Below are positions 35,906-45,519 of a DNA stretch of 64,000 bases, piece by piece. The translations under genes were made by a program, and so were the position numbers. Each line of letters starts with the position of its first letter. Position 1 is the first letter of the stretch. Origin of the DNA: a virus (Duplodnaviria > Heunggongvirae > Uroviricota > Caudoviricetes); IMG/VR virus record IMGVR_UViG_3300009500_000011, positions 104,585 through 168,584 of that record, one strand, 5' to 3'. The notes below the pieces were generated by a model. It was not told the DNA's origin. It searched no databases and was given only the letters and a program-made list of their open reading frames with translations.

Positions 35906-36149
35906 TAAAACAGATTTATGTTTAAAGGCTTGGTTCTTTGCTTTTAATGTCGGAGATAGAATTTCTTTCACTTATAATAGCGCAGAATGTCAAGGCGAAA
36001 TTATTGAAATTCTCTATCAAACAGAATCAGATAATGAATTTGTAGCAGCCGTTAGCTTCTGTAATGATTGGCCAGCACTTGGTAATAGTACGCAGGTGAC
36101 ACTCACTAACAGTAATAACCTTAAATTACTTTATCCTCAAAATTGGTAA
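35895..36149 (+). CDS. stand-alone 'PQNW' domain protein (paralogue of the C-terminus of the 41543..44878 gene product)
   Basis: Shares F.YN...CQG.II...FC..W.A.G..T...N.L...PQNW with residues ~1040-1111 of the 1111-aa protein. Confidence 0.4.
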   Translation: MQNNKTDLCLKAWFFAFNVGDRISFTYNSAECQGEIIEILYQTESDNEFVAAVSFCNDWPALGNSTQVTLTNSNNLKLLYPQNW

Positions 36150-36233
36150 ATAATTAAACCACTTGAGTATAGTATACTTGTGTGGCCATAACTATTATAT
36201 CATGGCTTAATTTTGAAGGAGTATTTAAATTTT

Positions 36234-36779
36234 ATGTTCGAAAAACTAAAAACTTTTTTAAGCGTTGCCTATGATGTAATTCGCGGACGCGCTTTAGTAG
36301 AAACGCTTCATCCACGTAAACGTAATAAAGTTCGTTTGGAAATTATTCGTGCTGATGGCACAAGAGAATTACTTTCCGCAGGATGCAATAGTCGTGTAAA
36401 TAGCGGAGCAAACTGGCAAGCTTCACTTATGGGAAGTGCCGCAGGTACACCAGCAAATTATATGGCCCTTTCAACGGCAACATTATCTCCTGCTCTTACA
36501 GATACTTCACTTACCGGAGAAATTACTTCAGGTACAAATGCTGGACTTGCAAGAACACAAGCAACATATCAAAACTATACAGCACCAACAACCTTGGGCG
36601 GTCCTGCTTCATATCAATTGCAACATACATTTACTTCTTCAGCAACCGCTACAGTAAATAGTGCTGCTCTTTTTAATGCGTCTTCTTCTGGAACAATGTT
36701 CGTTGAAGCAAACCTTTCCCCCTCTGCCACACTTGCTTCTGGGGACCAGATAGTTTTAACGTGGAGTGTTCAAATTTAA
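36234..36779 (+). CDS. Ala/Thr/Ser-rich protein, possibly structural
   Basis: ATG 36234 with GAAGGAG upstream (the track start is TTG 36213); low-complexity surface-like composition. Confidence 0.35.
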   Translation: MFEKLKTFLSVAYDVIRGRALVETLHPRKRNKVRLEIIRADGTRELLSAGCNSRVNSGANWQASLMGSAAGTPANYMALSTATLSPALTDTSLTGEITSGTNAGLARTQATYQNYTAPTTLGGPASYQLQHTFTSSATATVNSAALFNASSSGTMFVEANLSPSATLASGDQIVLTWSVQI

Positions 36780-36826
36780 TAATTAATCAATGTTAGGTAA
36801 TTGTTAAATTTGACTTTCTATATTTT

Positions 36827-37306
36827 TTGTTATATGATTCTATCATGGAAGATATGAATTTATTCAAAAAATGTGGTCATTGCAAATTAGTTTATCGTAA
36901 AACTTTCTTTTTTAATAATAAAGCAAGATATGATGGATTAAGTAGTCAATGCAAAAAGTGCCATCAAGAAGACACTACCAAACGATATAATTCATTAAAA
37001 CAAAAATGTTTTGAAAAATATGGTGGTAAATGTATAAAATGTGGCGATACTGATAGTCGAGTTCTTCAATTTGACCATATAAATGGTGGTGGTGCAAAAG
37101 AATTAAAAAGTCAAATTTTTGGCGGAACTTATGTACCTTCTACTTACTTTCAAAAAGTTTTAAAAGATACTACAAATAAATTTCAATTATTATGTGTAAG
37201 ATGTAATTGGATAAAGAGACATGAGGAACGTGAGCAGTTTACTCGTCTGAATGAGCAGCCAATTACAGGTGAATTACTTCAAAGGTTTATAGAATATAGG
37301 GGCTAA
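36827..37306 (+). CDS. HNH homing endonuclease (family copy 2)
   Basis: CGHCK...CKKCH ... QFDHINGGG ... CVRCNWIKRHEE. Confidence 0.6.
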   Translation: MLYDSIMEDMNLFKKCGHCKLVYRKTFFFNNKARYDGLSSQCKKCHQEDTTKRYNSLKQKCFEKYGGKCIKCGDTDSRVLQFDHINGGGAKELKSQIFGGTYVPSTYFQKVLKDTTNKFQLLCVRCNWIKRHEEREQFTRLNEQPITGELLQRFIEYRG

Positions 37307-37310
37307 TTAA

Positions 37311-40300
37311 ATGCCAGAAGGCTTTGTTTCAGTCCCAGATAATAGTGATGCAAGTATAACAGTTAAGGTAGTTGATACAAATGAAATAAGCATTATATCA
37401 ACTACCTTAACCACAGCAGTTACAGGTGCAGGTATATTTACCGTAACGCCTGCATCTATTACTGGAATTGGTATCGGAACACCATTAATTGTTGACACTC
37501 TTGTAAGTGGTGTACAAGAATCTGTCAATGTTCTTTCTATTGTTGGTTCAAGTTTTTCTGCAAAATTTGCATATGCTCATGCTTCAGGTGTTCCATTAGT
37601 ATTAAATGTAGAGCGCCAGAATATGAGTATAGCAGACCCAACAACTTATGGCAATATTGCTAAGGTTGCAAGTGGTACTGCATCTATAACTGATATTGGT
37701 TTAACTGTAAGACCTATTCCTACTTCGATTCCTGCTGGGACAAATACCATTGGAAATGTTGCTATAACTAGTCCTAATGGTGCTGCTGCTGGTATATATG
37801 GCCTTGTTAATCCTTATGGTACTACTCGTATTAGTGGAGAGCCAATAGGTTTATTTACTGATACTTTTGATGGTACAACTTTTGATACTGTAAATCGTTG
37901 GAATACGCCTACTGTGGTTAATGGTGGTGCATATTCACAAAATAATGGAGATTTAAGTTTAACAACTGGTCTTACTGCTAATGCTCAATCTATTGTTACA
38001 TCGCAACCAAATTTTGTGCATGTAGGTAGTAGTTTTCTTGAATATACAACAGTTGTTCAATTAGAATCTAGTCCAATAGCTACAGGTTGTCATCGTTATT
38101 GGGGAACAGGAACTTCTCCAACAGTTATTTCTGCGACAAACCCTGTTCAAAATGGATATGGATTTGAAGTAACAACTACAGGAACAATGAATGCAGTTGT
38201 TTATGCATCTGGAACTAAAGTTGGTTCTTATCCATTATCTATTCCAACGGATGGACTTCCACATAGATATGCAATTATTATTCGTTCAGATGTTGTTTTT
38301 TATTATGTAGATAACATCGAAGTTCCAGTTGCCGAATTTATGTTTGTTTTACCATCTGTACAAACTCTACCAATAAGATTTCATATTTTAAATGGAACTT
38401 CTGCTTTAACAAAAGCGCCAATTCTTTATGCTTATGGTGTTGCTATGTCCGATACGGCAGAAAATTCATCTGCTATTTCTGATGGTACTTATCCTTGGCG
38501 TAAGGCTTCTGTTGAAAATATAAATCCTAGTTCATCTGATTATGGGTTAGTAACTAGAAATATTCCCAATAGTACATCTAATCAAGCAATCGTTTCAAAT
38601 GATTTATCTACGACAGGAACTATACAAAATTTAAATGATACTGTTTCTTTAACATTAAATGGTATATCAAGTTGGATTGCTGAATTACAAGGAACTTGGA
38701 CAGGAACAGTACAATTTGAAGCATCAATTGATGGTATTAATTTTGTACCATTACGCGGCAGACAAAGTGGTATGGGTGGAAACACTATACTTTCAACTCA
38801 GGTTACAAGTACAAATGGGTATTGGCGTGGTAATGCTGCTGGGTTTAATATTTTTAGAGTACGTGCAATAACTGCTTTAACTGGTCCTGCAACTATAAAT
38901 ATTAAAGCAAGCATTGGTACAGATGCTGTCTTTTTAGATGCAGGTTTACCTCCAGGAACTGATTATATCGGTCAGGTTGGAGGAACTACCACAACATATC
39001 CTGTTACAGCCGGTGCAGTAATTACAACTACTCCAGGAACTACTGGTGTATCCGTTTATTCAGATACATATGGTAATATGAGAACTATTGTTTCTGATTA
39101 TGTTCAAACAGGAACACTTGTTAATTTAAATGATACTATTGTTGTAAATCAAAATGGTGGTTATACTGCTTGGAATGTATCATTATCTGGAACTTGGACT
39201 GGCGTAGTAACTTTTGAAGGTTCAGTAGATGGTACTAATTGGCAATCTATTACGGGTAGATTAGCCGGTGTAGAAAGTGGTCCTTTATATAATTCAACAG
39301 GTCTTAACGGTGTGTATAGAGGAAATGCTGCTGGTCTTCAATTCAGAGTAAGATTAAGTGCTATAACTAGCGGAAGTGTTACTGTTACAATTCGTTTAGG
39401 TCAAGGACCTTATGGAGTTTTCTTAAATTCTGCATTACCTGTTGGAACTAATAATATCGGTAGTATTTCTACTAGCACATTTCCTTCAACAGGCGTAAAC
39501 AATGCCCCAGGTACAGTTGGACAGACGCTATTATCTGATAGTGACGGTTCATTAAGAATACATGCTGCTGATATTTATTCTTCGGGAACAATTAATACAT
39601 TAGGCGCTACTGTTCAAATACAACCTGTTGGTCATGCTACTGCTTTAATTAATATTCAAGGAAGTTTTGTTGGTACGTTTCAATTTGAAGTTTCATTAGA
39701 TAGTTTAACGTATTATCCTATTGAAGTCAAACAAGTAGGTGTTTCAACAACGACATTATTAACAACCTCTAATGTTGGTGGAATTTTTAGAGGAAATATT
39801 GCCGGGGCTTTATATTTTCGTGTTCGCGCAACAAGTTGGACTTCAGGAAGTGCTACAGTTTATATTAACGGTTCACATGCTACTGCCCCTGTATTTTTAG
39901 ATGCTGGTCTTCCTATAGGTACAAATAACCTTGGAAGCACACAATTAGCGGACGGAACAAATAGTTCTCAATTAGCCAAGGTAACATCTGATGGGGCTCA
40001 ACTTGTTGCTATAGATTCAACAACATCATTGCCTGCTGGAACTAATTCAATTGGAAATGTTACATTAAATAACGACCTTACCTATACTGGAACTATTCTT
40101 GCCGGAACACAATTAAGCCATATTATTATACCTTTAAATGGTGCTAATACTATCGGTGTTAGCTGGACAAATAACAGTACAAATGCTATTTTACAATTTC
40201 AAGCAAGTGTTGATGGAGTAAACTATGTAGGTATTGTTCCTTATGAATCAAGTGTTTTGAATTCTTATGTTTCTACAGTATCGTCAGTATTATTTAACGG

Positions 40301-40886
40301 GCGTGTAAGTGTTGCTGGTTATAGTTACTTTAGAATTAGTAATCAATCCGCAACAGGTAGTGTTGGTTCAAATACAATCAATGTTAATTTTACTGTTAGT
40401 GGTAATTCTTCTATTGTAACTCTTGTAGACCCTATTCCACCTGGTACAAATGCTATCGGTACTGTTGGAGTAACAGCATTGCCATCAATACCTGCTGGTG
40501 GTAATACAATTGGAAATGTAAAATTAGTTGATACTGCTGGAAGCAATCAAGCTTCTGTAAATACAAATGGTTCTCTTTCGGTTTTATCTTACAATGATTC
40601 AACTACGACATATTATTATGCTACCGCAGCTAGTGCAAATGTTCTTGTTAAAAATGGTCCCGGCAGATTAATCTCTGTTACTGTTTTTAGTGCAAGTACA
40701 GGCATTTATGGTATTCTTTTTGATACTAATGGAACTCCAGTAGCAGGAACAACCACTCCATTAGTTGTTATACCTGCTTATGCCCCGGCAGGATATACAG
40801 TTTTTTGTGATATTCCTTTTGCAAATGGTTTGACTATTTTTGGAACCGGCTCAACCGGACCTACATATACTGTAAATTATCGTTAA
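37311..40886 (+). CDS. tail fibre / receptor-binding structural protein with 4 tandem ~200-aa domain repeats
   Basis: 1191 aa, Gly/Thr/Ser/Asn-rich. Recurring ...GTWTG.V.FE.S.DG.N...I.GR...G...RG.AAG...FRVR...T.G...I... module four times. Confidence 0.5.
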   Translation: MPEGFVSVPDNSDASITVKVVDTNEISIISTTLTTAVTGAGIFTVTPASITGIGIGTPLIVDTLVSGVQESVNVLSIVGSSFSAKFAYAHASGVPLVLNVERQNMSIADPTTYGNIAKVASGTASITDIGLTVRPIPTSIPAGTNTIGNVAITSPNGAAAGIYGLVNPYGTTRISGEPIGLFTDTFDGTTFDTVNRWNTPTVVNGGAYSQNNGDLSLTTGLTANAQSIVTSQPNFVHVGSSFLEYTTVVQLESSPIATGCHRYWGTGTSPTVISATNPVQNGYGFEVTTTGTMNAVVYASGTKVGSYPLSIPTDGLPHRYAIIIRSDVVFYYVDNIEVPVAEFMFVLPSVQTLPIRFHILNGTSALTKAPILYAYGVAMSDTAENSSAISDGTYPWRKASVENINPSSSDYGLVTRNIPNSTSNQAIVSNDLSTTGTIQNLNDTVSLTLNGISSWIAELQGTWTGTVQFEASIDGINFVPLRGRQSGMGGNTILSTQVTSTNGYWRGNAAGFNIFRVRAITALTGPATINIKASIGTDAVFLDAGLPPGTDYIGQVGGTTTTYPVTAGAVITTTPGTTGVSVYSDTYGNMRTIVSDYVQTGTLVNLNDTIVVNQNGGYTAWNVSLSGTWTGVVTFEGSVDGTNWQSITGRLAGVESGPLYNSTGLNGVYRGNAAGLQFRVRLSAITSGSVTVTIRLGQGPYGVFLNSALPVGTNNIGSISTSTFPSTGVNNAPGTVGQTLLSDSDGSLRIHAADIYSSGTINTLGATVQIQPVGHATALINIQGSFVGTFQFEVSLDSLTYYPIEVKQVGVSTTTLLTTSNVGGIFRGNIAGALYFRVRATSWTSGSATVYINGSHATAPVFLDAGLPIGTNNLGSTQLADGTNSSQLAKVTSDGAQLVAIDSTTSLPAGTNSIGNVTLNNDLTYTGTILAGTQLSHIIIPLNGANTIGVSWTNNSTNAILQFQASVDGVNYVGIVPYESSVLNSYVSTVSSVLFNGRVSVAGYSYFRISNQSATGSVGSNTINVNFTVSGNSSIVTLVDPIPPGTNAIGTVGVTALPSIPAGGNTIGNVKLVDTAGSNQASVNTNGSLSVLSYNDSTTTYYYATAASANVLVKNGPGRLISVTVFSASTGIYGILFDTNGTPVAGTTTPLVVIPAYAPAGYTVFCDIPFANGLTIFGTGSTGPTYTVNYR

Positions 40887-40892
40887 TAAATT

Positions 40893-41540
40893 ATGCCTGG
40901 TTTACAAACGTTATATCTTACAAACACAGAATCCGTTATAACACCTGTTACTTCAATAAAACAGATGAATTTAGCATATGGTACAGCAAGTGATTCGTCT
41001 ACAAAAGTTGTTAATACAGCAAGTGGAACATATCAATTTATTCCAGCAAATGCTGCTAATGGAACTGCTGCAACTGTAAGCACTTCGCCGACTTCTAAAG
41101 GTTGGATATTTGAAAATACAATACCAGGGAGATATTGGCCTGGAACATGGACAATTCAGGCTTATGTTGCTTGTTCAAATAGTGGAGTTTGGACAGGTGA
41201 AACAGGGAATCTTGAAGCAAAATTTTATATTGTAACTCCAGGAACAACCACCGTTACAGAATATGCTGGTAATGCAAGCGGTACATTTACGTCAACAGCA
41301 CAAAATTTATCAGCAAATAATTTTACATTTTCTTCAAATTTAACTGTTAATCAATTTTTTTACATTTATCCAACTGCTTTATTATATGTAGAGCTTTATT
41401 GGGTTCTTGCCAATAATGCTTTTACTACAACAACTGCTTTATGGTTGGATTCACCAAACACATTTATTAAAACTTCATTTTTTGAAGAATATACAAATTT
41501 CAATTATCAAACTAGAAGAAGAACAGGAATGGGGAATTAA
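40893..41540 (+). CDS. tail-fibre-associated structural protein
   Basis: Thr/Ser/Asn-rich 215-aa ORF between two fibre genes. Confidence 0.35.
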   Translation: MPGLQTLYLTNTESVITPVTSIKQMNLAYGTASDSSTKVVNTASGTYQFIPANAANGTAATVSTSPTSKGWIFENTIPGRYWPGTWTIQAYVACSNSGVWTGETGNLEAKFYIVTPGTTTVTEYAGNASGTFTSTAQNLSANNFTFSSNLTVNQFFYIYPTALLYVELYWVLANNAFTTTTALWLDSPNTFIKTSFFEEYTNFNYQTRRRTGMGN

Positions 41541-41542
41541 AA

Positions 41543-44500
41543 ATGTCGCTACTCTTGTTGTATAACCGTAAACTTTTTCAGTCTACATTAACTAATTCTA
41601 ATTTAACTTCTGATTCAAATTCAAGAAAAACTTATTTTTCAAGAACTAATGTAGATTCAAGTTTGTTTTCTGATTCTTCTGCTAGAAGTGCAAATTATAA
41701 TAGAGCATCATCAGATATATTCAACTTATCTGATAGTCTTTTGCGTAATACGTTTTATGCACGTAGTTTTCAAGAAATATATTCTTTTTTCGATTCATTA
41801 AATAGACAAGTTGATAACAGTAGAAGTGAATCAGAAATTTTTAGTACGATTGATATTCAAAATTTATCACGATTTTATAATCGTTCATCCACAGATTCTT
41901 TTAATTTTTCTGATAGTAATTCTCGGTTTTTAGATTTTGCTCGTCTTCAATCTGATGTTTTAATTTTTAATGACTTAATTAATCGTTCCACTAATGTAAA
42001 TCGTTCTATAACCGACCAATCTATAGAGATAGATTCTTTAACAAGACAAATTATTGATAATCGCCAAACTTCGGACGTATTCAATACTATTTTATCTTTT
42101 ACAGAACAGCAGTTTTTATCTAGGTCAACTACCGATGGATTAAGTTCTTTTACAGATTCTTCATCGTATAGTCGAGTTTTGCCACGTTCTGTTATGGATA
42201 CTTTTAGTTTTTCGGATTCAAATTCTATTTCTCAATTACTTCTAAGAACATTTAGTGAAAGTTATTCTTTCAATGATGTTCTTAGTAATTCTGGAACTCA
42301 TATCGCTTTTTTAAGTGATGTATTAACAAATTTTGTAGATTCAATAAGCGCCGAACAGTTTGTTTCAAGAACAATGTCTGATAATCTAACGACATTAGAT
42401 TTAGTAACTTCAGTTAAGACTTTTTATAGATTAAATTCAGATAATACTAACTTTGCAGATGCTATCTCTTCTGCTAATATTTTAAATAGATTTAATATTC
42501 AAAATTTAAATTTTAATGATTCACTTAATAATCAAAATATTTTTAATAGAAATAATAGTGATTTAGTTAATAATTTTAATGATTCCACTTTAATATCTCA
42601 ATTTTTAAATCGAACCTCAAATGAGGTGTTTTCAACATCTGATATTTTATCTTTGGCGCAATTTTTGTCTCGTAATCCAACAGATATTCTTACAACGTTA
42701 GATAATAACGGTAGAAATATCTTTATTTCTAAATCAGTAATTGATTCTATTTTAACTTTCGATAGTCTTCAAAGCACGAAGATTGCTAATTTAAATCTTC
42801 AAGAAACATTTAGCTTTAGTGATGTTCTTTTAAGAAATATTATAGATTTCCGTACAAATTCAGACAGTTTTGCGTTTGTTGATTTTGTCAATAATTATAA
42901 TATATTTACAAAATCAATTGTTGAATCTTTCCAAACAAATGATTTGCTAACAAGGGAGTATATCTCAAATCAAAATCTTCAAGAAAACTTTAATTTTTTA
43001 GATATATTATCTGAAAGTCAATTTTTACAAAGACAATGTTCAGAACAATTTAATTTTATTGATGGTATATTGAGAGAAGTAATCATTAATAGGGCCATGA
43101 ACGAAACTCTATTGGAATCAGATGACATTACTACTGCTTTAGTTTTCTTTAGGAATATAAATGAACAATTCTCTACCGCAGCATCTGTAAGTTATGTACA
43201 TTCATTCGTTAGAAATTTGTTAGAAAATTTTGCAACTTCTAATTCCATTAGCAGGGCTCTTATTTCTCCAAGAAATACTTCTGATTTCTTTAATCAAATT
43301 GTCGATACTTTAAATTCATATAAAATTGCCAATTTTAATCTTGATGAAACTTTTGCATTTAATGATTCTTTATCTCAAATGTCTCTGGTTTTTAGGAATT
43401 TTTCAGATTTATTTAGTTTTTTTGATTTTACAACAAGTAATGCAATAATTCCTAGAAATATTGAAGAATCATATCCTATAAGTGATTCATTGTCCAATAA
43501 CAATTTGTTTTCAAGACTTTTCGAAGAAGAATTTAATTTTACTGATGCTGTTAATATAAGTCAGAGTTTGGCGCGTCAATTCTTAGATAGTTTTATTTTT
43601 TTTGATAATGTTTCAACAAATAGTTCAGGCGGTTTGTTTTTAAGAGTAATATCAGATGTTTTAAATACTAATGATTCTAGTGAAATAAATCAATTTTTAA
43701 ATCGTGAAAATACCGATACATCATTAACTAGTGATTCGCTCCAAAACTCCAATATTTTAAATAGACAATTTCAAGACTTATTAAGTATAGCAGATACCTT
43801 AACTTCTACTAATGAATTTAATAGATTTTTTTCTGATTTGTTGCAAACTAATGATGCTGCAAATTCAAATTACGTTTATAATTCAAATTTATCTGATAAT
43901 TTAAACACAAGTGATTCGCTAAATAGATTTTTTCTAAATATTGCAAACTTAGCAGAAACATTTACAACAACAGATTCCAACTCCAGAGAATCTATTTTGG
44001 CGCGAAGTCTATCTGAAACATTTTCTCTATTGGATTTATTAACTAGAGTTTTATCTAAAGTAAGGTTATTAAACGATAATCTTCCCTTTACTTTTGATTC
44101 ACTTGCAACATATAGTACGTTTTTTAGAGAACTGCAAGAAGAGTATATATCATCCGAAGAATTAATTAACGAATCTATTTATAAAAGGCAACTTGAAAAT
44201 ACATTTACAACTTTGGATGAGTTGATGCGTGTTTTACTTATTGCTAGGGAAGTATTTGAAGTCGGAGAAATATCAGATACTGTTGCAAGTAAAGCAGTTA
44301 TTCTAAGATTTGTAGAAGAATTTTTTGAATTAGTAGATAATATTGCCTTAAATCAAAGAATTAATCGTAGTTCTGAGTATCAAAGTAACTTCTCGGATAT
44401 TCTAAATAGAGAAGTTATATTAGAAAGATTTTTGTCTGATTCAAGTCAATTTTTTGACAATTCTTTACTTCAAAAAGTTGGTGCAAGATTTTTCGTTAAT

Positions 44501-44878
44501 TTATTTGATGAATACTCATTTACTGATGAACTTATTGGGACAAGTTTGTTAGAAAGATTTTCTCAGGACATATTACAAACAGCCGATGAAGTTGCTCGTT
44601 TAGTAAATAATAATAGAAGTGTAGAAGAAATTTTTGAATTCTTAGATATTGCTTCGCGTAAACCAGTATTTAAAATTGGTCAAAGAGTTAAATTCAGATA
44701 TAATGGTGCCTTATGTCAAGGTAAAATTATTTTAAGATATTATGCAACAAATCCTAGTGAAGGCATTAGATATCAAGTTAATGTTGATTTTTGTAGTAAT
44801 TGGAAAGCAATTGGAAAAACAACACGAATTGATGTAGATTTAAATGATTTATTATCAATTAATCCTCAGAATTGGTAA
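41543..44878 (+). CDS. large fibrous repeat protein (~21-aa period S/N/D/F repeats) with C-terminal PQNW domain
   Basis: 1111 aa. Dozens of F-[NST]-x-[ST]-D-[ST]-L-x-R/N-type repeats; distinct globular last ~70 aa. Confidence 0.5.
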   Translation: MSLLLLYNRKLFQSTLTNSNLTSDSNSRKTYFSRTNVDSSLFSDSSARSANYNRASSDIFNLSDSLLRNTFYARSFQEIYSFFDSLNRQVDNSRSESEIFSTIDIQNLSRFYNRSSTDSFNFSDSNSRFLDFARLQSDVLIFNDLINRSTNVNRSITDQSIEIDSLTRQIIDNRQTSDVFNTILSFTEQQFLSRSTTDGLSSFTDSSSYSRVLPRSVMDTFSFSDSNSISQLLLRTFSESYSFNDVLSNSGTHIAFLSDVLTNFVDSISAEQFVSRTMSDNLTTLDLVTSVKTFYRLNSDNTNFADAISSANILNRFNIQNLNFNDSLNNQNIFNRNNSDLVNNFNDSTLISQFLNRTSNEVFSTSDILSLAQFLSRNPTDILTTLDNNGRNIFISKSVIDSILTFDSLQSTKIANLNLQETFSFSDVLLRNIIDFRTNSDSFAFVDFVNNYNIFTKSIVESFQTNDLLTREYISNQNLQENFNFLDILSESQFLQRQCSEQFNFIDGILREVIINRAMNETLLESDDITTALVFFRNINEQFSTAASVSYVHSFVRNLLENFATSNSISRALISPRNTSDFFNQIVDTLNSYKIANFNLDETFAFNDSLSQMSLVFRNFSDLFSFFDFTTSNAIIPRNIEESYPISDSLSNNNLFSRLFEEEFNFTDAVNISQSLARQFLDSFIFFDNVSTNSSGGLFLRVISDVLNTNDSSEINQFLNRENTDTSLTSDSLQNSNILNRQFQDLLSIADTLTSTNEFNRFFSDLLQTNDAANSNYVYNSNLSDNLNTSDSLNRFFLNIANLAETFTTTDSNSRESILARSLSETFSLLDLLTRVLSKVRLLNDNLPFTFDSLATYSTFFRELQEEYISSEELINESIYKRQLENTFTTLDELMRVLLIAREVFEVGEISDTVASKAVILRFVEEFFELVDNIALNQRINRSSEYQSNFSDILNREVILERFLSDSSQFFDNSLLQKVGARFFVNLFDEYSFTDELIGTSLLERFSQDILQTADEVARLVNNNRSVEEIFEFLDIASRKPVFKIGQRVKFRYNGALCQGKIILRYYATNPSEGIRYQVNVDFCSNWKAIGKTTRIDVDLNDLLSINPQNW

Positions 44879-44904
44879 CTTTACAGTTTCTTTACATAGC
44901 ATTG

Positions 44905-44933
44905 TTGCAAATATTGGTATGCTTGTCTATAAT
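44905..44933 (+). promoter_or_regulatory. promoter TTGCAA-N17-TATAAT driving the noncoding region upstream of Ro60
   Basis: 5/6 -35, 17-nt spacer, perfect -10. Confidence 0.5.
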
Positions 44934-45036
44934 CTCTAATAGAGTTGAAGCTGAAGGAAACGAAGCAGGTGGTTTAAATGCCATCGGAAGCAAGTGCAAG
45001 TCTTGCCATCTCTGCCATAAAAAACTAAATAAATTT

Positions 45037-45070
45037 GAGTTGCGTTAGAGTACGGTTACTTCTTAATTGA
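45037..45070 (+). repeat. repeat copy R1 (tTGCG-N-TAC-G-TTACTTCTTaatTGA)
   Basis: gagttgcgttagagtacggttacttcttaattgac, shared with R2/R3. Confidence 0.5.
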
Positions 45071-45278
45071 CATATACCTAATGTCCCACCTCAATAAAGG
45101 AGTAAAATCTTTTATTGGGCTAGTCACCTGAGTCGTGGTGAGACGCATTGTGCAAATGTTAGTGGAGGCTCGTAAAATAAGCCTAGAACTAAAAATTCTT
45201 AGACTTAAGATGTAAAAATCAAAAGTCGGTCCCGTACTTGCCCTCTTCTCTCAAATTTATTTTAAAAATTAAAAACTT

Positions 45279-45312
45279 GGGTTGCGACAGATTACAGATA
45301 CTTCTTATATGG
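45279..45312 (+). repeat. repeat copy R2
   Basis: gggttgcgacagattacagatacttcttatatgg. Confidence 0.5.
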
Positions 45313-45367
45313 AATAAAAAAGCTGTATTCGCTACCTTCTCCCGAGTATAAATTTTATAATATTTAA

Positions 45368-45400
45368 ATTGCGTTAATTACAGATACTTCTTGTATATTG
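45368..45400 (+). repeat. repeat copy R3 (followed by tRNA-like T-loop GGTTCGAGTCC)
   Basis: aaattgcgttaattacagatacttcttgtatattgg. Confidence 0.5.
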
Positions 45401-45519
45401 GTTCGAGTCCATTAAGTGTAGTCGGTACACAACTGTAGTTGTTCCATTCGTTTAAATTTTATTTAATCCTTGGGAATATATTTCTCAAGGATTTTTTTGT
45501 TGTCATAAAGGAAAAAAGA

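Larger units (their letters stand above)
44940..45440 (+). ncRNA. candidate Y-RNA-like noncoding RNA(s) upstream of the Ro60/TROVE gene
   Basis: Strong promoter at 44905-33, no ORF >20 codons, three ~35-nt degenerate repeats, GGTTCGAGTCC T-loop motif at 45400-10. Confidence 0.35.

Noticed and set aside
36213-36233. TTG start of track ORF 36213..36779
   Set aside because: The putative RBS GAAGGAG lies inside this extension; ATG 36234 is preferred.
45037-45400. CRISPR array hypothesis for the three repeats
   Set aside because: Only three copies, degenerate, irregular spacing (~240 and ~90 nt), no cas genes; better explained as paralogous RNA elements.
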